From NCBI GenBank assembly GCA_963810755.1, contig CAWEOP010000005.1, positions 6,394-70,393 on the forward strand: 64,000 nt of DNA, read 5' to 3'. Positions 20,770 through 31,130 of this stretch are shown in pieces; the stretch's first letter is position 1, and every line of letters begins with the position of its first letter. This DNA is from an uncultured Gammaproteobacteria bacterium. Its GTDB lineage: Bacteria > Pseudomonadota > Gammaproteobacteria > Steroidobacterales > Rariloculaceae. Below the pieces are notes generated by a model that was not told the origin of the DNA, ran no database searches, and was given only the letters and a program-made list of their open reading frames with translations. The translations under genes were made by a program, and so were the position numbers.

Positions 20770-23223
20770 ATGCGCGCTATGCAACGCCGGCCCTTCATTG
20801 TCGGTGCCTCGGCCGCGGCGATTCTGGTAGCGGCCGGTGCTGCGATCTTCGTGACGCACCACACGACGCTTCTGCGCCGCGAGCCGCAGCTCACGGACGA
20901 GCAGTGGAGCGCGCTCAAGGGCTACTGTACCGATTGTCATAGCGCCGCCGAAGCAGCCGGCGACGTGGTGTTCGAAGGCGTTCCCGCCTCCGCGATTCCC
21001 GGCAAACCGCGGGTCTTCGAGGCGGCGGTACGCAAGCTGCGCGGCGGCCTGATGCCGCCGCCCGGCAACCCGCGGCCCGAGCAGCGTGAGATCGAGGCGT
21101 TCGTCGCCGCGACCGAGCACGCGATCGACCGCGGCGCACCGGCGCACGCCGCGGGCCACGTGCCCGTGCAACGGCTGAACCGAACCGAGTACGCGGCAAG
21201 CGTCAAGGCGCTGCTCGGCGTCGAGATCGATGCGAAGCAATACTTGCCGAACGAGATCGAGGTCGACGGCTTCGACAACATCGCGGCCGCACTCAGCGTG
21301 TCGCCCGCGTTCCTCGAGCAGTACATTGGCGTCGCGCGCAAGGTGGCGCGGCTCGCCGTCGGAGAGGCGACACCGAAGCTGCAGAGCGCGTACTTTCCGC
21401 CGCCGGCGGGCGATCAGGACAACTACGTCGACGGCATGCCGCTCGGCACGCGCGGCGGCACGTCGTTCAGGCACCCGTTCCCCTCGGACGGCGAGTACCG
21501 CTTCACGATCACGGATCTCGACGTCGGGCTCTATCCGCGCGCGCTCGAAACCGAGCAAACGCTCGTGATGCTGCTCGACCGCAACGAGGTGTTCCGCGCG
21601 AAGCTCGGCGGCAGAGAAGACCTCGCGCTCGTCGACCACGGCGGCGCACCCGCGCGCGCCGAGATCATGCAGCGGTTCGCGAGCATTCCGGTGCACGTGA
21701 CGGCCGGCGTGCACGAGGTGATCGTCACGTTCATCGAGCGTGCGCGCGCATCGACGGACGAACCGATCGCAGGCTTCACGCCGTACGGCGGCTTCAGCTT
21801 CACGGGGCAAATGCGCGTACCGCGAGTGATCGGCGGCATCGAGGTGAAAGGCCCGTTCGACCCGACCGGCGTATCGCGCACGGTGAGCCGCGCGAAGCTG
21901 TTCGTCTGCGAGCCGGAGACGGCCGACAAGGAACGTGCGTGCGCCGAGCGGATTACCGCGAATCTCGCACGGCGCGCATATCGCAGGCCCGTGACGAACG
22001 ACGACGTCGACCGTCTCATGCCGTTCTACGACGCCGGACGCCGCGAAGGCGCAGGGTTCGATTCCGGCGTCGAGCAGATGGTGACGGCCGTGCTCGCGAG
22101 CCCCGATTTCCTGTATCGCGCGATCGCCCCGCCGCACGCCCCGGCGGGCGCGGAGTCGTTCGAGCTCGACGACCTCGAGCTCGCATCGCGCCTGTCGTTC
22201 TTCCTGTGGAGTCAGGGTCCCGACGACGAGCTCCTCGAGCTCGCAGCCGCGGGCAAGTTGCACGAGACGAAGCAGCTGCAGGCGCAGGCAGAACGCATGC
22301 TCGCCGATCCGCGGGCAGGCGCGCTCGTCACCAACTTCGCACTCAAGTGGCTCAACGTCGACGAGCTCGAATCCGTGGATCCGGACGAGCGCCTGTTCCC
22401 GGAATTCAGCGACGAGCTCCGCGCGGACTTCGCGACGGAGATGTCGCTGTTCTTGAAGAGCATCCTGCTCGACGAAAGAGATGTGCGGGAGCTGCTGACC
22501 TCCGACCACACGTTCTTGAACGAGCGGCTCGCGCGCCACTACGGCATCGCGTCGGTGCGCGGCCCGCAGTTCCGGCGCGTGACACTCGATAATCCGGTGC
22601 GTTTCGGCTTGCTCGGCAAGGGCGCCGTGCTGCTGCGAACGTCGTACGGCGACCGCACGTCGCCGGTGCTGCGCGGCGCTTGGGTGCTCGACAAGCTCAT
22701 GGGCACGCCGCCGACGCCGCCGCCGCCGAACGTCGTCACCGATCTCACGACTCCGGTGGGCCAGAAGCCGAAGACGATCCGCGCGCGGCTAGAGCAGCAC
22801 CGCGTGAACCAGACCTGCAACGGCTGCCACGGCGTGATCGACCCGTACGGCCTCGCGCTCGAGAACTTCACGGCAACGGGTCAATGGCGCGAGTTCGACA
22901 GCCTGGCCGACGCGCCGATCGACGCGAGCACCGAGCTGCCCGGCGGCGCCAAGGTGGCAGGGCCCGTTGAGCTGCGCGAGGCGTTGCTCGCTCGCCCGGA
23001 TCAGTTCGTTCAGGCGTTGACGCAGAAGCTCATGATGTACGCGGTTGGCCGCGAGCTCGATTACAGCGACATGCCGCAGGTGCGCGCGATCGTGCGCGCG
23101 GCCGAGAACGACGACTATCGCCTCGGGGCGATCGTCTCGGGCATCGTCACGAGCGACGTGTTCCGCCGCCAAGCGCCGGAGCCCGACAAGGCGCTCACTA
23201 GCGCGCAGGCAGCCGCGCGCTGA
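20770..23223 (+). CDS. Second DUF1592-family multidomain haem protein
   Basis: CTDCH, GLMPP, QRLNRTEY, ELASRLSFFLWS, TSPVLRG, CNGCH; clear paralogue of 12685-15123. Confidence 0.9.
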   Translation: MRAMQRRPFIVGASAAAILVAAGAAIFVTHHTTLLRREPQLTDEQWSALKGYCTDCHSAAEAAGDVVFEGVPASAIPGKPRVFEAAVRKLRGGLMPPPGNPRPEQREIEAFVAATEHAIDRGAPAHAAGHVPVQRLNRTEYAASVKALLGVEIDAKQYLPNEIEVDGFDNIAAALSVSPAFLEQYIGVARKVARLAVGEATPKLQSAYFPPPAGDQDNYVDGMPLGTRGGTSFRHPFPSDGEYRFTITDLDVGLYPRALETEQTLVMLLDRNEVFRAKLGGREDLALVDHGGAPARAEIMQRFASIPVHVTAGVHEVIVTFIERARASTDEPIAGFTPYGGFSFTGQMRVPRVIGGIEVKGPFDPTGVSRTVSRAKLFVCEPETADKERACAERITANLARRAYRRPVTNDDVDRLMPFYDAGRREGAGFDSGVEQMVTAVLASPDFLYRAIAPPHAPAGAESFELDDLELASRLSFFLWSQGPDDELLELAAAGKLHETKQLQAQAERMLADPRAGALVTNFALKWLNVDELESVDPDERLFPEFSDELRADFATEMSLFLKSILLDERDVRELLTSDHTFLNERLARHYGIASVRGPQFRRVTLDNPVRFGLLGKGAVLLRTSYGDRTSPVLRGAWVLDKLMGTPPTPPPPNVVTDLTTPVGQKPKTIRARLEQHRVNQTCNGCHGVIDPYGLALENFTATGQWREFDSLADAPIDASTELPGGAKVAGPVELREALLARPDQFVQALTQKLMMYAVGRELDYSDMPQVRAIVRAAENDDYRLGAIVSGIVTSDVFRRQAPEPDKALTSAQAAAR

Positions 23224-23283
23224 GCCTTTTCTCGCCGGGACGCCGCCGACCTCGGCGGTCGGCGTAGAGAAACGCCGCGGACG

Positions 23284-24702
23284 CTACGGCAACATCGCCG
23301 TGATGTTGCGCTTCGGAACCTGCCCCACCGCTATGCGCGTGACTTCGCGCATCCCGAGGATGTCGACGACGGACACGCTGTTCGAACCTGCGTTCGCGAC
23401 ATACGCACTCTTGCCGTCCGGCGTGAGCGTCACCCAATCCGGCGCGATGCCGACGTCCACGTCGCCGAGCAGCTTCAAGTCCGGCAGCGAGTAGACATAG
23501 ACCGAGCTGTTGAGCCGGCTGCAGACGACGAGCCGCGAGTTGTCCGCGGTCACGGCCATCCCGTGCGAGGTGTTGCCGCCCTCGAGCACGGGCTGCTTGC
23601 CGGCCTTGATCTTCGGCAGCTCGATGCGCTTGACCTCCTTGTGCGTCGCGAAGTCGACGACCGCGAAGCCGTTGAAGTCCGTGAGCTGCGCGAAGGCGAT
23701 CTTCGTCGAGCCGTCCTTGTTCTGCTCGAACGCCATCGGCCGCACGCCGAGGTCGAAGTTCGTCGTCCACACGGGCTCTTCGGTTTTCTGGTCGATGACC
23801 GTGAAGTTCTTACCCGCCACGGATGCGGCGATCACATAGCGGCCGTCCGGCGTGACGTAAGTGTTGTGCGTGGCGCCGGGCACCGGGACGCTCTTCGCGC
23901 GCGTGAGCGTCAGCGTGTCGATCACGTCGACCGCGCCGTTCTGCTCGCGGATCGCGACGTACACGCGCTTGCCGTCCTTGCTGATCGAGATGTTGTTCGG
24001 GTGTCCCGTGAGCGGGATGGCCGCGATCACGCGCAGCGTGCGAGCGTCGACCGCATCGAGCGTGCTATCCGCCTCGTTGCTCACGTAGATCCGGCTGCCG
24101 TCCGGCGCGGCCGCCGCACCGTGACCGACCTCGATGCCGACGATCCTGCCGACCACCTTGTTGGTGGCGGGATCGATGATGTGCACGTCGTCGCCCGCGC
24201 TGTTCGTCTGGATGATGCGCGCGTGCAGCGCGAGCGGCTTCGCGGCGCTCTGCAGCGTCGCGCCGTTCGCCCATGCCGCGAGGGTCTGCCACTCGGGGTC
24301 GTTCTTCGAAGTCCAGTGCTTGCCGCCGTCGTGATGCGGGTCGCCGCCCGCTTCCTCGGCGAGCGGATGGCGGAGCAGGCGGCTGTCGTCCGGCTTGCCG
24401 GGCACGATGCGGGCGCTCATGAGCGCGAAGTTCGTGCGCGCGTCGGCCTCGCCCCAGGTCGCGGCACCTTCGGGCAGCGGCTGTAGGCGCATCGGCGTGC
24501 CGGAACCGTGACACGAGATACAACGTGCGTTGCCGTCGCGCTTGGTCGTGAGTATCGGTTGCACGCGCGCCTTGAAGAACTCGAAGTCGAGCGCCGGCGC
24601 CGCGGGTTGCGCCCCGGAAGGCGCGGAATTTTGTGCGGTCTGCTGCGCGGCAAGCGGCGCAGCGGCAAGCAGCAGTGTTGCGAGCACGAGTCGATTCAGC
24701 AT
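23284..24702 (-). CDS. Cytochrome c domain fused to a YVTN/YncE beta-propeller
   Basis: Signal peptide, CISCH, then repeats PDGSRIYVSN, DGKRVYVA, PDGKSAYVANAGSNSVSVVD. Confidence 0.8.
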   Translation of the reverse strand: MLNRLVLATLLLAAAPLAAQQTAQNSAPSGAQPAAPALDFEFFKARVQPILTTKRDGNARCISCHGSGTPMRLQPLPEGAATWGEADARTNFALMSARIVPGKPDDSRLLRHPLAEEAGGDPHHDGGKHWTSKNDPEWQTLAAWANGATLQSAAKPLALHARIIQTNSAGDDVHIIDPATNKVVGRIVGIEVGHGAAAAPDGSRIYVSNEADSTLDAVDARTLRVIAAIPLTGHPNNISISKDGKRVYVAIREQNGAVDVIDTLTLTRAKSVPVPGATHNTYVTPDGRYVIAASVAGKNFTVIDQKTEEPVWTTNFDLGVRPMAFEQNKDGSTKIAFAQLTDFNGFAVVDFATHKEVKRIELPKIKAGKQPVLEGGNTSHGMAVTADNSRLVVCSRLNSSVYVYSLPDLKLLGDVDVGIAPDWVTLTPDGKSAYVANAGSNSVSVVDILGMREVTRIAVGQVPKRNITAMLP

Positions 24703-24913
24703 GACGTTCCCCCCGTTTCCGTGATCGTCGCTCCGTGAGTATGCGCCCGCCCGGCGTGCGAGCCTAGGGAGCGGAAACCCTCACCGAACCGCGGGGTTCG
24801 GGCGACGGCGTCCGTCAGCTCGCTCGACCGGCGGGTTAAACTGTCGCGCCTCGAGCCCTTACCCCTGGCGGATCGAGCGTCGCCCTCGGAGAACTCGCGG
24901 ACTGGATGCGGAA

Positions 24914-25540
24914 ATGAATGGACGAATGGTTTATCCGTTGTTTTCGACACCTCTGTACGTCAACAACGTGGGGAATTTCGAGAGACCGGATCTCAGGTCG
25001 CTGAGCTATTCGTCCGAGATTCCTACCGGAGGCACTTACAACTTCCTGAGCTCCGTCGACAAGAACGTCCTCGATCGTCCGGACTTCAAGACCGTACACG
25101 AAATCGTGATGAAGGAGGTCAACGCCTACGCGAGAGAGATTTTGGGCGTTAGCCGCAACATCGAGTTCTACGTGACCAACTCCTGGATCAACGTGCACGG
25201 GCGCGGCCACTCTGCCGGGCCGCACATCCACATCAATTCGCTGCTCTCGGGCGTGTTGTATTTGAACGTGACGGAAACCACCGGCGATCTCGTCTTTCAT
25301 CGGGATGTTCTGAGCCTGATTCCATTCCCGCCGGCGCTCGATCTCGATATGGAGTCGTTCAACATCTACAACTGCAAGAGTTGGAGCTACAGGCCCAAGA
25401 CGAACGACATCTGCTTGTTCCCTTCCATCGTGATGCACTCCGCCGACCCGAGCGCGTCAGACGACGAACGATGGTGCTTGGCGTTCAACGTCTTCGCGAG
25501 AGGCGACTTCGGATCGCTGCACAAGCTCAGCATCAAGTAA
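24914..25540 (+). CDS. Putative 2OG-Fe(II) oxygenase, TIGR02466-like
   Basis: PLFSTP, SWIN, HIH.NSLLSGVLY, LFPS..H, R...AFN. Confidence 0.82.
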   Translation: MNGRMVYPLFSTPLYVNNVGNFERPDLRSLSYSSEIPTGGTYNFLSSVDKNVLDRPDFKTVHEIVMKEVNAYAREILGVSRNIEFYVTNSWINVHGRGHSAGPHIHINSLLSGVLYLNVTETTGDLVFHRDVLSLIPFPPALDLDMESFNIYNCKSWSYRPKTNDICLFPSIVMHSADPSASDDERWCLAFNVFARGDFGSLHKLSIK

Positions 25541-25639
25541 TCTTATTCCGCGCCGCGGAACCTACCAGCCCCCGCCGCAGCGTAGTATTCTCGCGGGAGC
25601 CGGCCCCCCGAGGGCTTGCCGACCAGCAGGAGCAGCGGC

Positions 25640-26989
25640 GTGTATCTGACGAAACGGCATCTGTCCCGTAGGACCGTGCTCAAAGGCGCGGGCGTCGCCA
25701 TCGCCTTGCCGCTGCTCGACGCGATGATCCCGGCGGCCACGGCGCTCGCGCAGACGGCTGCCGCGCCGAAGCTGCGCTGCGGCTTCTTCTATATCCCGCA
25801 TGGCGCGATCATGTGGAACACGTCGCACGGCAAGGAGATGGACCACTGGACACCGAGCGGCGCGGGCGCGGACTTCCGCTTGAGCCCGATCTTGGAGCCG
25901 CTCGAGAAGTTCAAGCGCTACGTCACGTCGTTCGGCAACCTCGAGAACAAGGCGAACCAGAACTCCGTGCACGCGATCGTGCCAGCCACGTGGCTCTCCG
26001 GCGTGCGGCCCGACAGCAGCGCGACGGGCGCGAGCATGGCGACGACGATCGACCAGATCATCGCGAGCAAGATCGGTCAAGAGACCGCACTGCCCTCGCT
26101 CGAGGTCGCGTCCGAGACGACGACGCAAGTCGCCGCCTGCCCGGCCGGCGGCGGCTGCTACTACAGCACGACGCTCTCGTTCCGCAACGCGACGTCGCCG
26201 CTGCCGATGGAATTCAACCCGCGCAAAGTCTTTACGCAGCTGTTCGGCGAGGGCGACACGCCGGAGGAGCGCGACGCGATCAACCAGCAGACGCGCAGCA
26301 TCCTGGATCTCATCTCCGAGCGAACGACGGCGCTCCAGAGCAATCTCAGCGCGAGCGATCGCGTGGTGCTCGGCGAATACCTCGACACCGTCCGCGAGAT
26401 CGAGCGCCGCGTGCAGAAGGCGGAGCAGCGCGATCTCTCAGGCGTCACGCTACCCGAGGCGCCGATCGGCGAGCTCGACAAGTTCGACGAGCAAGTGAAG
26501 CTCATGTTCGACCTCGTCGCTCTCGCATACCAGGCGAACCTCACGCGCGTCGCGTCGTACATCATGGTGGCCGAAGGCACGAATCGAACGTACAACCACA
26601 TCGGCGTGTCGGACGCGTTCCACCCGTTGTCGCATCATGCGAACGACAAAGAGCGGCTGCTCAAGCTCGTGAAGATCCAGCGCTACCACATGGAGCGGTT
26701 CGCGGACTTCCTCGCCAAGATGGCAGCCACTCCCGACGGCGACGGAACGCTGCTCGACCACTCCTTATTTATGTATGGCTCGAACATGAGCAACAGCGAC
26801 CGCCACAACAACTATCCGCTGCCGAACCTCCTCGTCGGCGGCGGCGCCGGCGCGCTCAAGACGGGAGGCCAACACATCGACCTGCCCGAGCACACGACGC
26901 TCACCAATCTGCACCTCACGGTGCTCAACAAGGTGGGGCTCGAGCTCAAGAGCTTCTCGGACAGCACCGGCGAAATCGCCGGCGTCTGA
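25640..26989 (+). CDS. Second DUF1552 family protein (Tat-exported)
   Basis: GTG start after AGGAG; LSRRTVLKGAGVAIALPLLDAM, FHPLSHH, DGDGTLLDHSLFMYGSNMSNSDRH. Confidence 0.88.
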   Translation: MYLTKRHLSRRTVLKGAGVAIALPLLDAMIPAATALAQTAAAPKLRCGFFYIPHGAIMWNTSHGKEMDHWTPSGAGADFRLSPILEPLEKFKRYVTSFGNLENKANQNSVHAIVPATWLSGVRPDSSATGASMATTIDQIIASKIGQETALPSLEVASETTTQVAACPAGGGCYYSTTLSFRNATSPLPMEFNPRKVFTQLFGEGDTPEERDAINQQTRSILDLISERTTALQSNLSASDRVVLGEYLDTVREIERRVQKAEQRDLSGVTLPEAPIGELDKFDEQVKLMFDLVALAYQANLTRVASYIMVAEGTNRTYNHIGVSDAFHPLSHHANDKERLLKLVKIQRYHMERFADFLAKMAATPDGDGTLLDHSLFMYGSNMSNSDRHNNYPLPNLLVGGGAGALKTGGQHIDLPEHTTLTNLHLTVLNKVGLELKSFSDSTGEIAGV

Positions 26990-27000
26990 CCCGCACGCGC

Positions 27001-27924
27001 ATGGCGGACCGCCGAACCTTGCTGAAAGGCGCGCTCGGCGCGCTCGCGGGATTGTCGTTGCCGGCCACGCGGCGCGGCTTCGCCGCGGATGCCCCGGCAG
27101 TCACGCAGGTCACGAACCGCGCCGCGCTCGTCTCGGGTGCCGGCGGCAACGTGCTCGTGCTCGACACGGGCGACGGCAGCGTGCTCGTCGACAGCGGCGC
27201 GGCCGCGGCGAGCGACGCGCTGCTCGCGACACTCCGCGGACTGCCTGGCGGGAAGCGCGTCCGCACGCTGTTCAACACGCACTGGCATCTCGACCAGGTC
27301 GGCTCGAACGCCGCGCTCGGACGAGCCGGGGCGGCGATCGTCGCGCACGAGAAAACACGGCTGCATCTCGCGACCGGCTATTACCTGCCGGCCGACGACC
27401 GCTACGAGCCGCCCGCACCGAAGGAAGCGCAACCGACCGAGAGCATCTACACGACCGGCGAGACGAAGATCGGCATGGAGCGGGTCGAATACGGCTATTT
27501 GCTCGAGGCGCACACCGACGGCGACATCTACGTGTTCTTCCGCGACTCGAACGTGCTCGCGGTCGGCGATGCAGTCTCGCCGGAACGCGACCCCGAGCTC
27601 GACTGGTTCGGCGGCGGCTGGCTCGGCGGACGCGTGGATTCGCTGAAGACTCTGCTCGGCCTCGGCGACGCGAAGACGAAGATCGTGCCGAGCTACGGCC
27701 CCGTCGTCGACCGCGCGGCGGTGCAGAAGGAGTACGACATGATGCTCAAGCTCTTCGAGAGCTTCGTCGAGCTCGTCCGCAAAGGCGACAGCGCCGAAGA
27801 CGTGCTCGCGGCGGGCGTCATGGACGCCACGGGGCGCGCGTGGGCCGATCCGCTGAAGTTCGTGCGCGCGGCCCACAAAGGGATGTGGGCGCACCACAAT
27901 ACGCTGTCGCCGGACATCGTGTAG
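27001..27924 (+). CDS. Tat-exported MBL-fold protein (cyclase-like) with degenerate metal motif
   Basis: DRRTLLKG; LVDSG, NTHWHLDQ, AHTDGD, VGD, VPSYG. Confidence 0.8.
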   Translation: MADRRTLLKGALGALAGLSLPATRRGFAADAPAVTQVTNRAALVSGAGGNVLVLDTGDGSVLVDSGAAAASDALLATLRGLPGGKRVRTLFNTHWHLDQVGSNAALGRAGAAIVAHEKTRLHLATGYYLPADDRYEPPAPKEAQPTESIYTTGETKIGMERVEYGYLLEAHTDGDIYVFFRDSNVLAVGDAVSPERDPELDWFGGGWLGGRVDSLKTLLGLGDAKTKIVPSYGPVVDRAAVQKEYDMMLKLFESFVELVRKGDSAEDVLAAGVMDATGRAWADPLKFVRAAHKGMWAHHNTLSPDIV

Positions 27925-27970
27925 CGCGCTCGGCCGCGGGCCGCGCGAGAGCGCCGCGTCGAACCGATCC

Positions 27971-28657
27971 CTACTTGCGCGGCACCGCGTTGCCGTAGAC
28001 CTCGATCTGCGCCACGTCCGACCAGCCGCCGGGGCCGTGGCCGCTCGACGGAAGGAGGTCGACGAACCCGACCTCGTCGACTCTGCTGAGGTCCGGCTTG
28101 TCGACGATGTTGCCGGTCGTGACGAGGCGCTCGTGATCGAGCTTGAGCCAACGCACGCTCGCGATCGAGAACTCCGTAGTGAGCCAGTCGAGTGGCGCCG
28201 CGTCCGTGTGGTCGCCGACGAGCCACGTGCCGTCCGCGAGCTTGATGATCGGCCTCACTTGATGAAAGCCCGACGTCTTCACGTTCCAGCGAATCCGCGC
28301 GAGGCCGGTGAGGTCGACGTAGCGCCCGCTGTCGCGCAGCGCGAGCCCGCAGGGCGTCGTGCAGAGGCCGGTCCAGACGTGCGTCGGGTTGTTCTCGTCG
28401 CCGTCGGCGCCGGTGAGCTGGATCTCCGCGCTCGACGCGCCGTACAGCTTCAGCGCGACGTTCGGCGCCGTGATGCTCGCGGGCGTGACCGGGTGCTCGC
28501 CGCCGCCCGGGATCTGCTTCCACGGCTCTTTGACGAACAGCGGCGGGCGCGTGGCGCGCGGCGCCGGCGCGGCCGCGCCGGGCTGCGCCGTTTGGGCGGC
28601 TGCGGCGGCCGAGAGCATTGCGAGCGCTACGAAGGCTAGGACGCTGCGGGCGCGCAT
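27971..28657 (-). CDS. Secreted hypothetical protein
   Basis: 228-aa ORF, signal peptide, Cys pair CTTPC, host-like codon usage. Confidence 0.7.
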   Translation of the reverse strand: MRARSVLAFVALAMLSAAAAAQTAQPGAAAPAPRATRPPLFVKEPWKQIPGGGEHPVTPASITAPNVALKLYGASSAEIQLTGADGDENNPTHVWTGLCTTPCGLALRDSGRYVDLTGLARIRWNVKTSGFHQVRPIIKLADGTWLVGDHTDAAPLDWLTTEFSIASVRWLKLDHERLVTTGNIVDKPDLSRVDEVGFVDLLPSSGHGPGGWSDVAQIEVYGNAVPRK

Positions 28658-28842
28658 GAGGAGTCTCCGTTGGCTGCCGACGACGCGCGGAGTATAGCTC
28701 GCGTTCGCACGTCACAAGGGTGCTCGCAATGCCCCGTGGACGGCGCGACGCCGCGCCTCTATTCTTCGGCGCCGAACAACGAACCGCTCCCCGGGGCGAC
28801 CATGATCAGATCCCGCGTGACCGTCGCGCTGCTCGCCGTCGC

Positions 28843-29685
28843 GTGACCTCCACCATCCAAGTCGTCCGCCACCCCGACGCGCGCGCTTTCCTCGCGCGCG
28901 CGGAGCGTTGGCTCGAAGCGTCCGAGATGGAAAACGGGATGGCGCTCGCGAGCGCGCGCAACGCCCGCTACGAGGAGTGGCGCTACGAGAAACCCGTCTA
29001 CTGGGCCACCATCGAGGACGGCGGCCGGATCCTCGGCTGCGCGTTCCGGACGCCACCGCACCGGCTCGGAGTCACCGCGCTCAACAACACGGCCATCGCA
29101 GCCACGATCGTCAACGTCGGTCAGGTTTACCGGACCCTGTCGGGCGTGAGCGGCCCCGAGCCGACGGTCAGCGTGCTGGCCGAGGCGTGGTGTCGAACGC
29201 GCGGCACTACCGCCGTCGTCCGCTCGCGGCACCGGCTGTATTCGCTACGCGTGCTCGTCCCGCCGACGCAACCGCCGCGCGGCGCGTTGCGACTCGCGAC
29301 CGAAGCCGATGCGGCGCTCGTGCGGTCGTGGGGCGAAGCGTTCACGAAGGAGGCCGGGGTCGAAGGCGTCGACGTGAGCCTGTTCGATCAGCTCGTTAAG
29401 GCGCGCAAGGCCTATGTCTGGGACGACGAGCAGCCGCGCTGCCTCGCCGCATCGATTCGCCAGACGTCGCGCGCGAGCGCGATCGGGGTACTGTTCACGC
29501 CGCACGAGCTACGCGGGCGCGGCTACGGCACGGCGACCGTTGCGGCGCTCAGCGCGCTGCTGTTCGCCGGGGGATCGAGCGGCTGCTACCTGTTCGCGGA
29601 CCCGGACAACACGGCGGTCAGCCGAATCGCCGGCGGGATCGGTTACCAGAAAATTCAGGACCAGGCCGACGTCGACTTTCGCTGA
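28843..29685 (+). CDS. GNAT acetyltransferase (C-terminal GNAT domain)
   Basis: FRTPPH, VLFTPHELRGRGYGT, LFADPDN; start uncertain. Confidence 0.75.
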   Translation: MTSTIQVVRHPDARAFLARAERWLEASEMENGMALASARNARYEEWRYEKPVYWATIEDGGRILGCAFRTPPHRLGVTALNNTAIAATIVNVGQVYRTLSGVSGPEPTVSVLAEAWCRTRGTTAVVRSRHRLYSLRVLVPPTQPPRGALRLATEADAALVRSWGEAFTKEAGVEGVDVSLFDQLVKARKAYVWDDEQPRCLAASIRQTSRASAIGVLFTPHELRGRGYGTATVAALSALLFAGGSSGCYLFADPDNTAVSRIAGGIGYQKIQDQADVDFR

Positions 29686-29945
29686 GCGCCGGGCGCGGAG
29701 CTCGGCCCGCGCAACGACATGCTGTCCGTGGCGCACAGCGCCTTCGACGTGTCCGCGGTGCGCAACTCACTGGTTATAATCGATTTCCGTACTGATGCGA
29801 CTCCGTTGGTAGGGCGGCGGATTTATGATCAGCAGGCCAAACGACTACCGCAACGTGTTCGCGCGGCGGGCCGTGATGCCGATGGCGAACTGCTCAAGTT
29901 GGGCTAACATGGCCTTAGCCTTTTCTAGATAGCGCAGAGACACTT

Positions 29946-30596
29946 ATGGAAGCGCGAGTAGAAAATTGGTTCCCAACGCAAACACTAATTGTTGACGCCG
30001 CTCAGCTGCTGCCAGCTGCGCGTGACATGTTTGCGAGAACCGATTTCCCTTCTATCGACTGCAAACCGTATAGCTATACGAACGGATTTACGACTTACCA
30101 CGACAATCCGTTTGCTCGGTTTGTACAGCATCCAGCTGCGCGGGACTTTTTTAGCGTGTTTGAAAGCGCCGCGAATGTTTTCGGGCAATCGCAAGGTATC
30201 GACCTAAACACGCATAGCGCGTGCGTTTCGGCAGTGTGGATTAGTCGCATCGACAAGGGTGGTAGTCACTTGCGCCATGTGCATGGCGACGCCCACATGT
30301 GTGGAACGATGTACGTCGACGCACCTTTCGGGGCCTCTCCAATTCGATTTCACAGCCCTGTTACTACAGTTATGCGTTTCTGCCCGCTGCCGAAAGCCGC
30401 CGCAAACAACAAAGCTACGGCCGAGTACGTGGATTACGAACCTACCCCCGGGAGGCTGCTTCTCTGGGACGGCTGGCTTGAGCACGAGGTGCCGCTCAAT
30501 CCTGCCGAAGGAAACAGGGACTCGATCTCGTTCAACATCGTCTTCAAAGAAAAGAAAACGAATCAGAGCTCCAGACCACCAAATTCCCGCCTTTGA
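29946..30596 (+). CDS. Putative 2OG-Fe(II) oxygenase, TIGR02466-like (lower GC)
   Basis: WFPT, VWI, HVH....CGTMY, LLLWDGWLEHEV, RDSISFN. Confidence 0.8.
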   Translation: MEARVENWFPTQTLIVDAAQLLPAARDMFARTDFPSIDCKPYSYTNGFTTYHDNPFARFVQHPAARDFFSVFESAANVFGQSQGIDLNTHSACVSAVWISRIDKGGSHLRHVHGDAHMCGTMYVDAPFGASPIRFHSPVTTVMRFCPLPKAAANNKATAEYVDYEPTPGRLLLWDGWLEHEVPLNPAEGNRDSISFNIVFKEKKTNQSSRPPNSRL

Positions 30597-30611
30597 TACC
30601 GGCGCAATCAG

Positions 30612-31130
30612 ATGAACAGTCGACTGGCACTTGTAACCGCGTTGACCCTGGCCGTTCTGATCCCTTTTACGGCGTGGCCGCAACCCGCGACGCCGGTCGG
30701 TCCCAAGAACCCTGCACTGCACGATGGCGCCCAAGCGTTGATGCTGGGCCAAAACGAGTACGGTATTAAGCTCACGTTGGAAGGATTGAGCCAAGCGCAG
30801 AGCCCGCGCGAGGAAGAAACCGCGTTGACGAATCTGTGTACAGGGTACCTCCGACTGCGGCAATTCGACTCAGCGCTCAAATTCTGCAACATGCTCCTCG
30901 AGCGCAATGAAAACGCCTGGCGCGGCTACAACAGCCGCGCGATGGTTTACCTCGAGCTTAAGCAATACGAGAAGGCGGACCAGGACTTGAAGCGTGCCGA
31001 AGCGATCAATCCAGGTGCGCGCACGCTGCAGGAAGCGCGCGCTCAGTATTTGGACGCCATCCAGCCGGTCGCGACGGAAGTCGAGATCGATGACCGAAGC
31101 GGTCGGGGAAGTACACGTCGTGACCCGTAA
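30612..31130 (+). CDS. Secreted TPR protein
   Basis: Signal peptide; ALTNLC.GY...F..AL..C and YNSRA.VY....YEKA..D...A..INP TPR motifs. Confidence 0.78.
   Translation: MNSRLALVTALTLAVLIPFTAWPQPATPVGPKNPALHDGAQALMLGQNEYGIKLTLEGLSQAQSPREEETALTNLCTGYLRLRQFDSALKFCNMLLERNENAWRGYNSRAMVYLELKQYEKADQDLKRAEAINPGARTLQEARAQYLDAIQPVATEVEIDDRSGRGSTRRDP

Noticed and set aside
25813-27000. N-terminal extension making the MBL gene 703 aa
   Set aside because: It is an off-frame overlap with DUF1552; the real start is the ATG at 27001 with its Tat motif.
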